Source of the DNA: Lama guanicoe
Taxonomy: Eukaryota
DNA: 64,000 nucleotides
Reading direction: 5' to 3'
Assembly: GCA_013239625.1 (NCBI GenBank)
Contig: MU053379.1
Location: 4,049,229-4,113,228 of the forward strand
Shown here one piece after another: positions 1 through 12,689 of this stretch (the first letter of the stretch is position 1; each line of letters opens with the position of its first letter). The translations under genes and the position numbers were made by a program. Below the pieces are notes generated by a model that ran no database searches, was not told where the DNA came from, and saw only the letters and a program-made list of their open reading frames with translations.

Positions 1-1448
1 GGAATCTGAGCATCTCAAAGCCGGATTCACCGAATGGCTCTATGGGACGGGGTTTGGGGGCCATTTGGCCTCGACCAGCAAACCTGTTTTTAGCAGAAGC
101 TCTATTGCAAAAGTACCTCTTCCTTCGATGACTACCAATGGCCAACTCCCCGTAAATCAGGTGCATTTACTGGGCAAATCTGAGGTGCTGTTTCACAAAC
201 TCCCCACATCCTCCCTCCACTTTCCCTCCCATAGCGTGTCCTCCTGTTAGATATCTGGTCAACCCTGGCCAGTGGCCGGCAAGCTTGGCTCTCTGCTGCG
301 GGAGGATTTGAGTAGGTCTGAGGGGCAGGGGCATCCCTGGGCTTGGCCTCGTGGTTTCTGGGACGGAACATCAGGGTTTGTCCCCTCCAGCCCCGGACCA
401 GTGGACACAGAAAGGTGAGGGGCACGGACAGGACCTCAGTGAGGGGTGTTAGTCGGAGCAGTAAGCTTTTCGGTTGGTTCAGAGCTTATTTTCCAGAAGT
501 AAGGGGCGTGAGTCTGGCCTGTTCTCAGTGTTGTCTCACGGGGCACGTTGATTCCAGTCTTCCGGCCCTGAGGACTGAATGGTGACCACACACACACACA
601 AAGCTGCTGCTCTGAGGAGCTGGGTCCCCTGTGAGGTGGCCAACGCCCCGATCGGGCAGCTGAGGACGCAAGGGCTCAGGGAGGGGTGACAAGACCCCAA
701 CGCCCGCGGAGCCCGAGGGCCACGCCCGGGCTGAGTCTGAGCCCGCACTTGGACGCCTGGGCTCTGCCCTCAGCAGCGTCGGTGCTCGGCCAGGCGCGTC
801 CCTCGCCTTCAGGCCCTGATGCGCCCAGGGCAGGTCGGTGGAGAGAGGAGAAAGGGTCCCGTGGGGCATTTATGCAGAGACGATTCCAGAAGGGCATGGA
901 ATCGTCCAGAGGCACCTGGGGACAGCGGCTACCTGGCTCTGTCTCTCGCTCTTTAAACCTCTGGGAGTTTCGATGGATTTTGTCAACCTATAGATCACAG
1001 AATTTTTATCTTTTAAGTTATAAACTATCCTGGGGGGGTTGTTATGTGTGGCTTACTGAGCATTAAAGAATGTTTGCTTCATACCAGACCACAGGCTGCT
1101 GAGGGCCAATGTGTTCCCTCAAGTTCTGAGCAGGGACCCCCGGTGGTCTTCCCTCTGATCTGCTGCCACAACGGAAGCCATGAGACGGTAGCAGGACGTT
1201 ACAAAACAGCCTGCAAGCTGAAGTGTTCAGGAAGGCAGAAATACGTGAAAATCCAACAGAAAATGTGGTGACAGCCCGGGGTTCTTTTGCCAAATGGAGA
1301 TGTAATTGTACCCCTGGCAATGGTGTCATTTAGAAATTTCTTTTAGTCAGTTTCTTTCATATTTTGGCGTCACTGTTTTTTCTTATTTGTTTTCAGGTCC
1401 CTAAGGTGACGGACGTGTGAACAACTTAGAACACTTGTACTGGTGGGG

Positions 1449-1461
1449 CCACCAGGGGGCG
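1449..1461 (+). promoter_or_regulatory. CTCF-type motif
   Basis: CCACCAGGGGGCG matches the canonical CTCF core. Confidence 0.65.
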
Positions 1462-2199
1462 TGTTAGCCCAGCAAACATCCGCGAGGTCCAGGGCTGGCA
1501 CCACCGTGCACTTGGGGAGGCGGGTGAAGAATAGGGACTTCCCTTTGAGACCAATTGAGGGTAAGTAAAGACGGCGGTGAGCACGTCAGGTGTGGCTGCA
1601 GGGAGATGAGGAGGGGGAGGGTAATTCAGGAAGGGAACTCTTTGGCTCAACGCAGCCAGGTTGTGCCTGTCTTCCCTCTGTGGCCCACAGGTGAGGTGGT
1701 GGCAGAGGCCGAGGAGGGGGTGACCTCCTGAGACCTTAGGAGGGAGGCTTGGCCCTCCCCCTCCACTCCCAAAGGGGCAGCGATCTAATGAGAAAATGGC
1801 AGGGCTGTGCTTTGTGCTGAGCGGCTCCAGGCTGGCGGCCACCGGACCACTCTCCGAGGACCTGGCCTTGAGGCTCCGCCTCTTCAAGGGTAAATCCAGG
1901 ATGGCCGGGGCGGAGCCACGAGAGCCCAAGTCACCACTCTTGTTGCCTCTTTGCTGAGTCCGATGGCGAGGCACTGGGAGATGAGAGGAGAGACGCAGTG
2001 TTAAGTCCAGGAGAGTAATGAGATGGGGGCTTCTCACCTCAGGGCTCCTTATTCCTGTTGCTCAGTCCTGCCTTGGGGGGTGCCCCGTGGGGCTCTGCAG
2101 AACCACCGAATGGCTGCCCCAGCTGCTTCCATGGTCTCTGGTTCTGCTGAATGCACCAGAGAAGGACTGGCTCCCTTTCCCAGGACCCCCTCCCCTGGT

Positions 2200-2270
2200 C
2201 AGCATCTCCACCAGCATCTCCACCAGCATCTCCCACCAGCATCTCCCACCAGCATCTCCACCAGCATCCC
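2200..2270. repeat. Minisatellite, ~6 copies of a 12-13 bp unit (CAGCATCTCC[C]AC)
   Basis: Tandem units are directly visible; they produce the STSISTSI, HQHLHQHL and ASPPASPP peptides in the ORF track. Confidence 0.9.
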
Positions 2271-3929
2271 TGGGCAGAGCCTCTTCACCCCAGCAGTGGC
2301 AGCTCCTTCTTAGTGGCAGCTGAACCCCATTTGCCACTTTCCACCACTTCCGGAAGCTACCCTGTCCCGCCCCCTCCCAGCCTCCCACACAAGCTGCTTC
2401 TCCTCCGAGCTCCCGGAAGTTCATCACAGCCTCTTCCTGGAGGCACCCCAGCCCAAGGGGGCAGCCGCCTCTGCTGTTGCGGCCTTTGGCACCTCAGGGC
2501 CCCCCCTTTGCCCTTTCAGCTCTGTGTTAATAGCACTAATTCTCTCTATCAAGCTGCCGCGGTTTGCTTCTCGGGCTGACCCGCGCTCTGCCCATCGCCT
2601 GGCAGCCCGTCGAGACTGCAGATAATTTGAGCTTCAGGTGTGAATTGGAGGAAATGTGGAAAAGGCAGGAGCAGAGCTAGAAGTGGGCAGCAGCATCCTG
2701 TTAGAGTGAACACGCACTCCAGACGGGGAGGAAGGACGAAAACCTTGAGGACCCGAGGTGAGTGTCGGCAGGTGGGGCCTGGCCCACCGAGAGGTCGGGG
2801 GTGGAGGGGGCGCTGATTCTCACGGCACTGCCTTCCCTTCCGGACCCTTCTCCCCCTCAGTATGCACCTGCTCTCGTCCCCGGGTAGCACCTCCCTGGAG
2901 AATGACGTCTGGGTCATGGTCACACCAGATACAACCCGCTGACAAAACTTTAATACCTCATACAGAGACTTGCATTTAAAAATTACCTCCAGGACTGAAA
3001 TCCCCAACCCGGACAACGCCGAGCGCTGGTCAGGCTGTGCAGCAGCAGGAGCCCCCTCCCCGCCGCGGGGTGGGCGCCCATCGTCCGGGCCCCTCCCAGA
3101 CACACCGGCCGCGACGGCACGCGGCTCTCAGGGCCTCCCGGGGCCAGCTAGCGTAAAGTGAGCCATCACACCAGCTGCTATAAATGCTTACTCTCCGGGC
3201 ATGACCGCGAGCACATGAAGGTCACACTTTACACCAGACGCTCAGTTTAACGCCCTCCTAGCTGCCACCTAACACACAAACGCGCAAACACCCAACCCCT
3301 CAACCCGGCAACTTCCTGCTTCATTCAGAGCAAAGCTTCAGCATAGATGCTCTGTGAGGTCAGGGCCACCCCTTAAATTCAGCCAGGGGCTCATAAGGAG
3401 GCAGCCTCCTGCAAGTCCGACACCAGCCTGTCTCACAGAAACACAACGCGAGCCACAAAGGCAACACGTAAAGTGTGTCTGCACAGTTGAGCAAACACGG
3501 AATGTCTGCCCAAGACCATGGTTCTGAAAATGGCGAGATGTCTGAAGACACATGGCAGCCCTTGATTTCTGTCCTTATCTCAGGGCCCCCGCCGAAGGGG
3601 GAGCTGCCGCTGTCGACCGAGCCTGAGAGCCGGCAAGGTCTGCTGATCCCCACGGCTGCACCATTGGACCCCGGTGGCCACACACTGGATTGGCCGGCAA
3701 TTTTTATGACCTGATACTTCTTACTCCATTGTGACGTTAACATCTGTTTCCAACGTAGTTCATGCAAGATCCTTGGAGCAAGTTCTGAGTCAGCCAGAAG
3801 AATTTAGATCACATCCCCTGTGACTCCCTAAATCAATGCATTATACTGCAAACTGGTGGGCTGTGCTGTCTAACTCAAATGTGGAATTAAGAGACCATCC
3901 CGTCTCGGAGCTCTGACTGGTGGATTTCT

Positions 3930-4072
3930 GCACACTCACCTTTCTTCGCTTCAGGTTTTATCATCTGACAAGTGGGCGTCATATCCACCTGGCGCGTACG
4001 TTAAATGCAATAATTTAAGAGAAGGTTTTGGTTCGGTGTCAGGCATGTGACGGAGTCTCAATAACTATTATT
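3930..4072 (+). mobile_element. MIR SINE remnant
   Basis: Degenerate MIR core (cttcaggttttatcatctgacaagtggg...gttaaatgcaataat...gtcaggcatgtga...ctcaataactatt). Confidence 0.55.
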
Positions 4073-4292
4073 TTCCCTTCTCGCCCCAGACACACACACA
4101 CTCAGGCACATGCACAAACTCACCTGCACACACACTTACACATACACACTGCTCACATGCATGAAGACCCATATACACCGAGTGAAGACAGACGAGGACG
4201 GCGGCCCGTGACACCACCGTGCACACGTGGATACTTCAGACAGCACTGGGGACAGAAGGAACATGGATCCAGATATCAAAAACCTGGTTCTT

Positions 4293-4796
4293 TAAAAAAA
4301 ATTTTTTTTTAATTGCAGAACACTTGATTTACAATGTTGTGCTAGTTTCTGGTCTACAGCATAGGGCTCAGTTGTACACGTACATATATAGATTCTTTTT
4401 CATGATAGGTTATTACGAGCTATTGAATACAGTTCCCTGTGCCACAAAGAAGGCACTTGTTTATTTTATATGTAGTAGTTGGTATCTGCTAATGCCAGAC
4501 TCCCAATTTATCCCTCCCCCCCTTTCCCATCTGGTAACCAAAAGTTTATGTTCTACGCCTGTGAGTCTGTTTCTGTTTCATAAATAAGTTCATTTGTGTC
4601 ATATTTTAGATTCCACATGTAAGTGATATCATACAGTATTTGTCTTTCTCTGATTTACTTCGCTTAGTATGACCATCTCCAGGTCCATCCATGTTGCTGC
4701 AAATGGCATTATTTTATTCTTTTTCATGGCTGAGCAGTGTTCCACTGCATGTGCGTACCACGCCCTCTTTACCCAGTCACCTGTCGATGAACAGAC
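4293..4796 (-). mobile_element. 5'-truncated LINE-1 3' end with TSD
   Basis: Antisense L1 3' UTR/ORF2 end (tccatccatgttgctgcaaatggcattatttt...), T-rich tail at the left, flanked by ACCTGGTTCTT (4282-4292) and ACCTGGCTCTT (4797-4807). Confidence 0.92.
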
Positions 4797-5258
4797 ACCT
4801 GGCTCTTACCCCCCTGCATTGCTCTTTGCTGTGTTGTCTGCTGTGCAGCACTGAATGCTCTGGGCCCAGTGTCCTCACGTGCAAGGTGAAGGCATGGAAG
4901 ATAGCTGCAGCTTCCGGGGCTGGAAAATTGTTCCTGGACAAACGTGAGCAATGGCTTCAGAGTCTGAAGGTCTTGAGTTCCAGCCCAGCGTCATCTGGGG
5001 TAGCTCACTCATTTGGAGGCCCTGCTTTCTCCTCGGTGACAGTGGAGCATCTGCCTGCCCCGGTGGGTCTTTCTGAGGATTAAATGAAATCCTGAACACA
5101 TCTAACCACTCTGACATCCAACAGAAGGACAGATGGCACCCCCAGGTGACCCTCCCACTTCTCACACAGACGCCCCACTCCCTCCCCAGACAGGGAAGCA
5201 GAAATATCCCTGCCTCCTCTGGATGAACTTCACACTGTGTTCAAACATTATGTAAGGT

Positions 5259-5285
5259 AAAAAAAAAAAAAAAAAAAAAAAAAAA
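5259..5285. repeat. Poly(A) tract, 27 nt
   Basis: Uninterrupted A run. Confidence 0.95.
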
Positions 5286-5842
5286 CCACTCACGCCCACT
5301 CTGGTACACCTTGGTGTTTGCCATTATTAGAACAGCAAACTGAATGCTATTGATTCAGAGGGTTTGTGGTTTACCGACCTGGGGCGGCTAAGTTCCTCTT
5401 CCTCCCCCCCGTGACTCATGAATACACATCAAATCCTAAATAGTTTATTTACCGTTGGAACAGTTTTTTGCTTCTTGTCCCAGTTCCCTTTGGGCAGATA
5501 ACCTGGATGCTTCCCGGACTCACAAAAGCAATGCAAGGAAAGAAATGCTGTTTTAGAATAAAGGAAGACATAAGACCATGAATTTTATTGGGGGAGGGGG
5601 ACCAAAAGACCCTCAGTAGAAGGACTTACATGAAAAACATCTCAGTTCCAATTTATGTCCCAGTGTAATGTACCTTTCACTCCAAAAGTGTCCCAGAGTG
5701 AATGAGAAATTATACAGTAACTTCACTCAGAAGCGGGGCGCTCGCTTAGCTGAGGCTGAGACAAAGATGGGGGAGAGGACGGGGCGGGACTCTGGCTTCC
5801 CAGTGGTGGGTGGAGGGGTTTCTTGTGAGCTCTGCCAACCCG

Positions 5843-6015
5843 CCTGCTCCATCAAGATGTGGTCCTGGGCCAGCAGCGCCACCTCCAGGAGCTCGTCCCC
5901 AAAACAGAATCTCAGACCCCACCCCCAACCCACTGAACCAAGACCTGTGTTTTAACAGGCCCTCAGGAGACCCCGAGTTCAGCCCAGCCAGAGAGCAGCT
6001 CCCAGGGACCCCACT
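5843..6015. mobile_element. MER5-like hAT-Charlie DNA transposon remnant
   Basis: gtggtcctgggccagcagc...cagaatctcagaccccacccc...ctgtgttttaacaggccctcagg resembles recalled MER5A. Confidence 0.65.
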
Positions 6016-6594
6016 GGGAGCACGTGGGCCTGGGCTTCGGGACTTCATCAGCCGTTCCCTGGAAGTTACGGGATAACTTTCCCAAAGCCTTGAGGTGAGA
6101 GGACCTCAGAGTTGAAAAGACCTTCCCCCAGCGCGGTTAATGCTGAGCTTCCTCTGAGGGACCCCACCTGGAGGCCCCACTGTGAGTGCCGGGCCCCCGG
6201 GAAAGGCTTTTCAAAGGTACTTCCTCAGGGCAGGTTGGAACTCGGTTCTCCAGAAACACCACTTCCTGGCCCACTGCTTACATGATGGAGCCACTCAGAA
6301 GAGACAGCGTCCCTCCTCTGTGAAGGTTTTTGGGACACTCAAACAACTCCCAAATTTCATCTCATATTGGTTCCTTCCTGAAGAGCCCTGGTGGGTTCAG
6401 AGCCCCTCCGTGGAGGAACAGCACCCCTCGGTGGCCAGGCCGCAGGAGACCATGCCCGTGGGAGGAGACGGCATTACCTTCATGGTCTCTGATGTGCTGA
6501 GGCCCTGAGAAGTTATAATTATCTGCTCGTTTCCCAGGATGGCCAGTGGAGACCTGAGGCCGGCTGGACCCTGGGCCTAGTCCTTACCTCCGAC

Positions 6595-7110
6595 TGTTGA
6601 AGACGAGTGTTCACATGGCAGGAGGTGGGACAGGAGGGAAGGGGACAGGGCATGGCCATTCAAGAAATAACAGCAGTTAAGTCCCAGACGGAGGGAGATT
6701 CAACTCCAAACTGGCCTTGGGGCCCAGTGACCTTGAGCTGCATCACATGCTCATTGTAATGTATTAACACGGTAAACGGCGCTCCCACGGGCGCCATGAC
6801 AGTTCCAGGGCCGACCATAAAAGGTCAAAGAGCGGGCGGTGGCCCAATTCCTGGGAATCCAGCCCCTTCCCTGGGGAGGTCGGCATGGTCCTCCCACTTG
6901 TTGGCATATGAAGCTCCCGAGCCCGTAAAAACTAACCGCCCCGCACCTCGGGGCTGCGTTCCCTTCTGCGTGAGACGCCGCACTGGGTCTATGGAGTGTG
7001 TGTTCTGAGCTCCCCCCACCACGCCGCACGGCCTGCCCCTGCACTCTGAAACAGCCTGCGCTCTATGGAGTACGGATCTCCCGAAATTAACCCCTAACTT
7101 TACTCAGCTG
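6595..7110 (+). mobile_element. ERV1-class LTR remnant (MER41-like)
   Basis: Starts with TG; contains cccacgggcgccatgacagttcc, a TATA-like gtaaaaa segment and an internally repeated tctatggagt motif. The 3' boundary is uncertain. Confidence 0.65.
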
Positions 7111-7393
7111 CGGCTCCTGTGCGATGCCGAGGGCCAGCACCTGACGAGGCCCATCCCAGGGGCTCCACCGAGCCCTGGCACACGGCCCTCCTCTTGCCCC
7201 ACATTCGTTTTCCTGTATCAGCAGGGCTGAAGTCAAGGGTTTGGGTCTCCATCAGCAGTAACCACAAATCTTCATGAAACAAGTAGATTCCAGAGACACC
7301 AGCTACAGCAGAAAATGCCCAGACCATAGGCGCCGACCACTGAGAAGACACGATCTACCCCGAAGGTGGACCATAAGCCTGCAAATGTCAGCG

Positions 7394-7716
7394 CAGTCAG
7401 CGCCCTGTGTCTGTGCGTTCTGTATCCATGGATTCAACCAACTGTGGGTAGAAAATACCCTCCCACCTTCCAAAAAATATTCCAGAAAATTCCAAAAAAG
7501 CAAAACTTGAATTGCTAAGCTGACAACTATTTACAGAGCATTCACGTTACATTAGCTATTGTAAGTCATCTAGAGAGGACCTAAAGTATACTGGAGGGTG
7601 CGTGTGGGTTGTACGCGAACACTGTGCCATTTCACACGAGAGACTTGCGCCTCCGAGGGCCTGGGTGTTGGCAGGTGTCATGGAACCAATCTCCCGCGGG
7701 CACCATGGTATGACTG
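7394..7716. mobile_element. Tigger3/MER2-type DNA transposon remnant
   Basis: CAGTC...GACTG termini; internal gtatccatggattcaaccaac, caaaaaagcaaaacttgaatt, gtaagtcatctagagag and ggaaccaatc motifs. Confidence 0.8.
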
Positions 7717-8319
7717 TGTATCACATAAACTTGTGTGGTGTCCCCAGCAACACTTCTGAGAACTGAGAAGGTAAGTCTGCACGATCTCCAGGCAGCCAGC
7801 TGAGCTTCCAAGCTGGCTGGTAATAGTAACGACCAGCCAGTGGCTGCTCCTCAGGTGCCTGACTCACTCCGCGGCTCAGGGCAGCAGGGCAGCACCGCAA
7901 GTCCAGGACGGGCTGCCTTCCAAGTCTGTCTTCCTAACGATGGGGTGACACGGCGCCCAGACGCCTCAGTGGTGCCTGCGGACAAGCTAGCACACCTGGG
8001 TGAAGAATGGGGGTAAAGAAGGAAAGAACAGCAAGAAAGAGCAGCTAGCTCCCTTTTACCCCATCGGAGTAGGGTGGACCCAGGATTTCAAACGCAGCAA
8101 TGAATGGCTTAGGTCCAGGTTCTTCTCTGCCACCACAACACGGGTTGCAGTAGTTGAGTCATCCTGAAGAGGTTACCGTATGTTTGGTGTGGCCTGAGAA
8201 GGCAGATACACGTGTAGTGTTTTTGAAATACTTCCCTTGGAATGGTTAAAATAGCTAGTCTTTGTTTTTCTCATGGCGGTGTCCTAGAAACGAAGTCCTT
8301 TTGCACGCAACAGGGGGCG

Positions 8320-8412
8320 AGGCTGGCCTGGCTTTAAATTCTGGCTCTGCCACTTGCTAGCTTTGTAATTTCGAGCAGATAGCGAACCTCAGTCTGTCAC
8401 CTTTAGAATGGA
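8320..8412 (+). mobile_element. MIR remnant
   Basis: cctggctttaaattctggctctgccacttgctagctttgt...cctcagtctgtcacctttagaatgg. Confidence 0.6.
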
Positions 8413-8579
8413 CTCACGAGCACCAGGTTCGGAGGGGGCCGACGGCAGAGGCGGGTAAACTGTGCCGAGAGCAGGAAGCACTCGGCGCAAAACAAGAAAG
8501 GAAATTAAATGCATGAGATAAAAAGGCAGGATCTGTCAGTCTGGAGACGGAATTCCATGGCGAAGACGCATTTTCACGC

Positions 8580-9450
8580 CCTTTGGGCTGACGTGGGGGC
8601 GGGGGCTGGGCTGCAGGCGCGCAGCCCCGCTCCGCTCCTTCCCCACGGAGCCGGCAAGAGGCTGCGTGCGCAGCCGGGGCCCGGGAGGCCCGAGGCTGGG
8701 CGGGAACGGAGAGCCCCGCGCGGAGCCGGAAGGGGGCGGCGCGGCCGCCGGGGGCGGGGCGGGCGGGCACCTCCAGGGCTGGACTCTGTGCGCCGGGTGG
8801 TCGCCGCCCCCTCCCAGCCCCCCCACCGGCCCCGCGGCTGTGGGCCCCCGCGACTGGGCGCGCGCGCCTGTGTGCCGATAAAACTTCATTTACCAAAGCA
8901 GGTGGTGGGCAGGATTTGGCCCCGGGGCCATAGTTTCCCAGCTCCCGCCATAAGTGGACAAATTAAAAAAAATTAGAAAATAAAAACTTGGAACCTCACC
9001 ATTAAGGCATTTCCTAAATACAAGGGATCCAAAGCAAGGTATTAAAATCCCGAAATCCAGTCCAAGAAAATTTATGGGAAGAGATGATTCACGCCATGAA
9101 AAACAAGCGGCCTTCCTATCTTAGGACTGACTCCCAGGAAAATACCTCGGGTCCGGAGTGTTTGCTCTGCTCTGTGTCTGAAAATACACCTTGAACAGAG
9201 CATTCAAATGTGTTCAAATGCGATGTCATCCAGCCAGAGGCGGCGGCGCGGAGACGCGGGGGGCCGGCAGCCAGAGGCTGCTGGGAACAGAGAGGTTTAT
9301 GTTTCGAGGGCGGGGAGGGAGCGCGCGCGCGCGCGGTGGGTCGGCCGCGCTGGCAGCGGGGCGCGCTCGCTGGCGCTGGGCTCCCCCGGCAGGACAGGCA
9401 CAAGGGGACCTTCTTTCTCTCCGCGGCGGAGGAAGCCGGACGCCCGAGTG
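8580..9450. promoter_or_regulatory. Bipartite CpG island / probable promoter(s), likely minus-strand
   Basis: Dense CpG at 8590-8880 and 9230-9450; GC boxes at 8596 and ~8751; (GC)7 at 9321-9334; minus-strand donor GTGAGT directly after 8418. Confidence 0.75.
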
Positions 9451-10935
9451 ATTTCACGATGCCATGACTGGCCTGTTGAGACTTTATTGGGCGAGTCACA
9501 CACAGAGATTCTCTTAAGGAATCCTAAGGCATTTGCTGGGAGGGACCGCTGTCTGAAGGTCAAAGGAGAAAATGGCTCAGTTTCCTGACGAGCCCATGGT
9601 TACTATCAGCAAACCAAACAGTGAGCTGGGAACACGGCTGCGTGATGTAAGCTTTATGAAGGGAGGGTCACTCAGCGGGAATCTCCATCAAGAGGCTCAG
9701 GACACAAAGAGCAGCCACTCGCTCAGGAACGCCTGCTGCACGTGGGAAGGCCGGGCTTCACCTCCCAGTGGCGCTTCTGACTCCATGCACAGCGGGCAAA
9801 ATGGTAGAAAGGACGGGTGGGCATCGCAGATCCAAGCATTTCTGCTCCTGCATCCTCAGAGAAGACACGCCATCCAATGACAGATGAGCAGCCCCCGAGT
9901 CCTGAGTTCACTCGCCACCAAGCTGAGAAGGGGACGAGCAAGGGGCCCAGCCGGCCCTCCAGCATGTGGGACTCTCTCCACGAAGCGCACCTGGAAATAT
10001 CCCACAAGGTCCTGTGCCGCCAGAAGAGGATGCATGGTCTTGAATCTGCCTAGAAATCTCGGGAGTTTCAGAGGAGAAATCTTCAGGAGCTGGTGCGCCG
10101 CGTACCCTGTCCTGCTTACTCTCGAGGGTGCATGGAAGGTCCTATATCCACGCTGGGGAAACACACGAAGTTCAGTTTCCAAGGTTCAGAGCTCGCTCTT
10201 GTTTTCTCTAAGATGCCCTCTACCCTTCAAGGTCGTTTCTTCTACAATCTGTGTTTACCTAGGCTTTGAATATGCTTTGGGTATTAGAAATTAGAAGAAA
10301 TCGAGACGTTGAGCTTTTGACTCCATTTAAATGTTTGCTTCCCACAAACATGATGGGATGGTGATGACACAGCGGGAAGCTGTTTCTTAGTTCTACTGTA
10401 AAATGTTGTACATTTGTATTTCTTTGCTGAATCATTCCAGATGTTTCACTAGAGGTGCGTTCTTTGAAGAAAAAACTTACAAAGGCAAAGCGTTTGCTAT
10501 TTCCTTTTTTCCAGTGCATTTTTCTCTATCATTTAACATTTGCATTTTTTTAACTTGAAGGACGTATTTCATTCTGTATCGATTGTTACCTTACTTTCAA
10601 ACAGAAACAAGGGATTTAAAAAAACTGCTACAGAATCTGATATGTACCAGTATAACGTATTTTCTGTGTATTTTGACTATGAGTCAATTTGAAAGCAGCG
10701 ATTTAAAACTCACTTGAATGCCTACTTTAGTCTAGACAGCACCCATGACATAAAAACAGTCCTACAATCAAATTAGTAGTCAAATAACCAACGGCAAGTG
10801 GAAAACCGGTCAACGTATTATTTCTTCCATAATCGAATTCAAAATGCAACATTTAAACATGTAAATCTGCCTTTTCAAAGCTAGAGACACCTTGATGAAT
10901 ATTCCTATGAATAGGAAAATATTTATTAAAACAGT

Positions 10936-10948
10936 GGCCACCTAGTGG
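10936..10948 (-). promoter_or_regulatory. CTCF-type motif
   Basis: Minus strand reads CCACTAGGTGGCC. Confidence 0.55.
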
Positions 10949-12689
10949 GGCTGACCTGATTCTTTTAACCGTCAACACTCGGAAGAGACATCTGGGCCAA
11001 GAACCCACGGGCGACGGAAGCTAGAACGCAAAATACCGTCCACCTGTGATGGCCACTCAAGGTGGGAAACCACACTTCCGGTGCCGTCAGCGTACAAACC
11101 TGGAGAACAAAGTGCTAAATCAGATATTTCACTGGAGAGAAATGGTCCCCGAAACATTACTTGAAGCATAGCTTCTTTGATAACGGCAACTTGGTCTTTG
11201 ACTTCTTTAAACTGGGCTGGCCTCACAGAATGAGAAATGGGTAAAGGTTAAAATAACCTGTCTCCCCAGCGCTTTCCCCTCTTTTCTGTGGTCCACTTTC
11301 CCTCCCAGAATTCTCTCTACTCTTAATTGTTCACTTCTTTCCTCCCTTCACATGGTCATATCAAGGCCACAGGTGAATTCATGACTTTACAGAGTTTCAA
11401 GGAGCCTTGCAAAGCAGAGTAAGTGACCTGATGATAACTCAGACTGTCTCTATAAGGCCGAGGGTGGGCTCCTGGCTGGGATCTACCAGGTTACCAGGAG
11501 GCACTTTTGGAACCTAGCTCACCAAACCTCCAGCGCAAGCACCAATCACACAAGTAGGAAAAGCACTATATTGGGGGCTGGAAGTCCTGCCTTCCAACCT
11601 CACATCTACCAGACCGAACCTTGTGAACTTGGACAGGGCACTTGAGCTCCTTGAGGCCTGGATTCCTTCCCTGTCTCATCTAACTAGGTCACTTCCAGCA
11701 TGAAAATTCTGTTACTCTAAACCTTATTTCTAACTGAATCTGTATGAAAGGTGTTCTACTGCAGTTCCACTGAATTCAAGACAATGCGTGAAGCCCTTTG
11801 TGAGGTGGTAGCGTCTGCCTTATTAGCTGTGATTCTTGTTTATTCCGTCCATCACCTACTTTGACAGCTACATTTGTAACTAAAGATGATTTTCCCTACC
11901 AAGTTTTTTCCCTTGGGGAGCTGGAGGTAAAATGTGTGCTCTGTGATGCGAGGAGCACTTCTCTGGGGTGTTGAATCCCTTTAACCAGACAGCAGTATCC
12001 GTAGGAGTCACACCTCCCAGGACTAGTGTGACAGTTCCATTTGCTTAAAGCTCACTGGGGAAATTTGCAGATATCTGCAATCACATTTCAGACGGCTGTT
12101 TCCAGAAGGACAGCCATGGCACATGAAGCCAACCTCTATTTCCAAATCAAGTTACAAAGGTAAAATGGACAATGATGACTGATGAATACACTCACATCTG
12201 AATCATATTTATTCTTTGCCTTCATGTTGATGTCTGTGGTAGAAAAAATAATAATAATTTTCATCATGTTTGGGGGTATTAAATGAGATAATGTGTGTGC
12301 AATAGACGTAAAAGACTTGAAAATATAAGGTGCCACTCATAACTTCCTAATTTTTATCATATAGTGACCCCAAACTTGAGGACATGGGCCTCAGTGCTCC
12401 TTCTGTGTTTTGGATGGCTATGGTGCAGCAGAAAGCCATTTGCAAAAATATTTACAGAATTTATTTATAAATTTAGGAAGTGGTCTTACTTCATGGTATC
12501 TAGCAATAGACCACCCTGTGAAGTAGGTAAGAGAAGTATTATAACCCCCATTTAACAAGCTAATCTCCATTTAACAGTGGAGGCTCATAGGGGTTGAGTG
12601 CCTGCTTAAAGTCACTGCTCTGGTGACAGTGTCTGGAATAATGTCTCCCAACATGGGAAAGCCCTGGATGGGATGGCTTCTAATTGAGT

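Noticed and set aside
2200..2270. Short tandem units as a CRISPR-like or coding repeat
   Set aside because: Head-to-tail minisatellite with no unique spacers.
11040..11160. Extra minus-strand exon (GLYADGTGSVVSHLEWPSQ) after the 11161 donor
   Set aside because: The implied intron of ~60 nt is too short for typical mammalian splicing, and the donor (GTGGAC) is weak.
12065..12080. 16-bp perfect palindrome TTGCAGATATCTGCAA
   Set aside because: About one such palindrome is expected by chance in 64 kb (64000/4^8).
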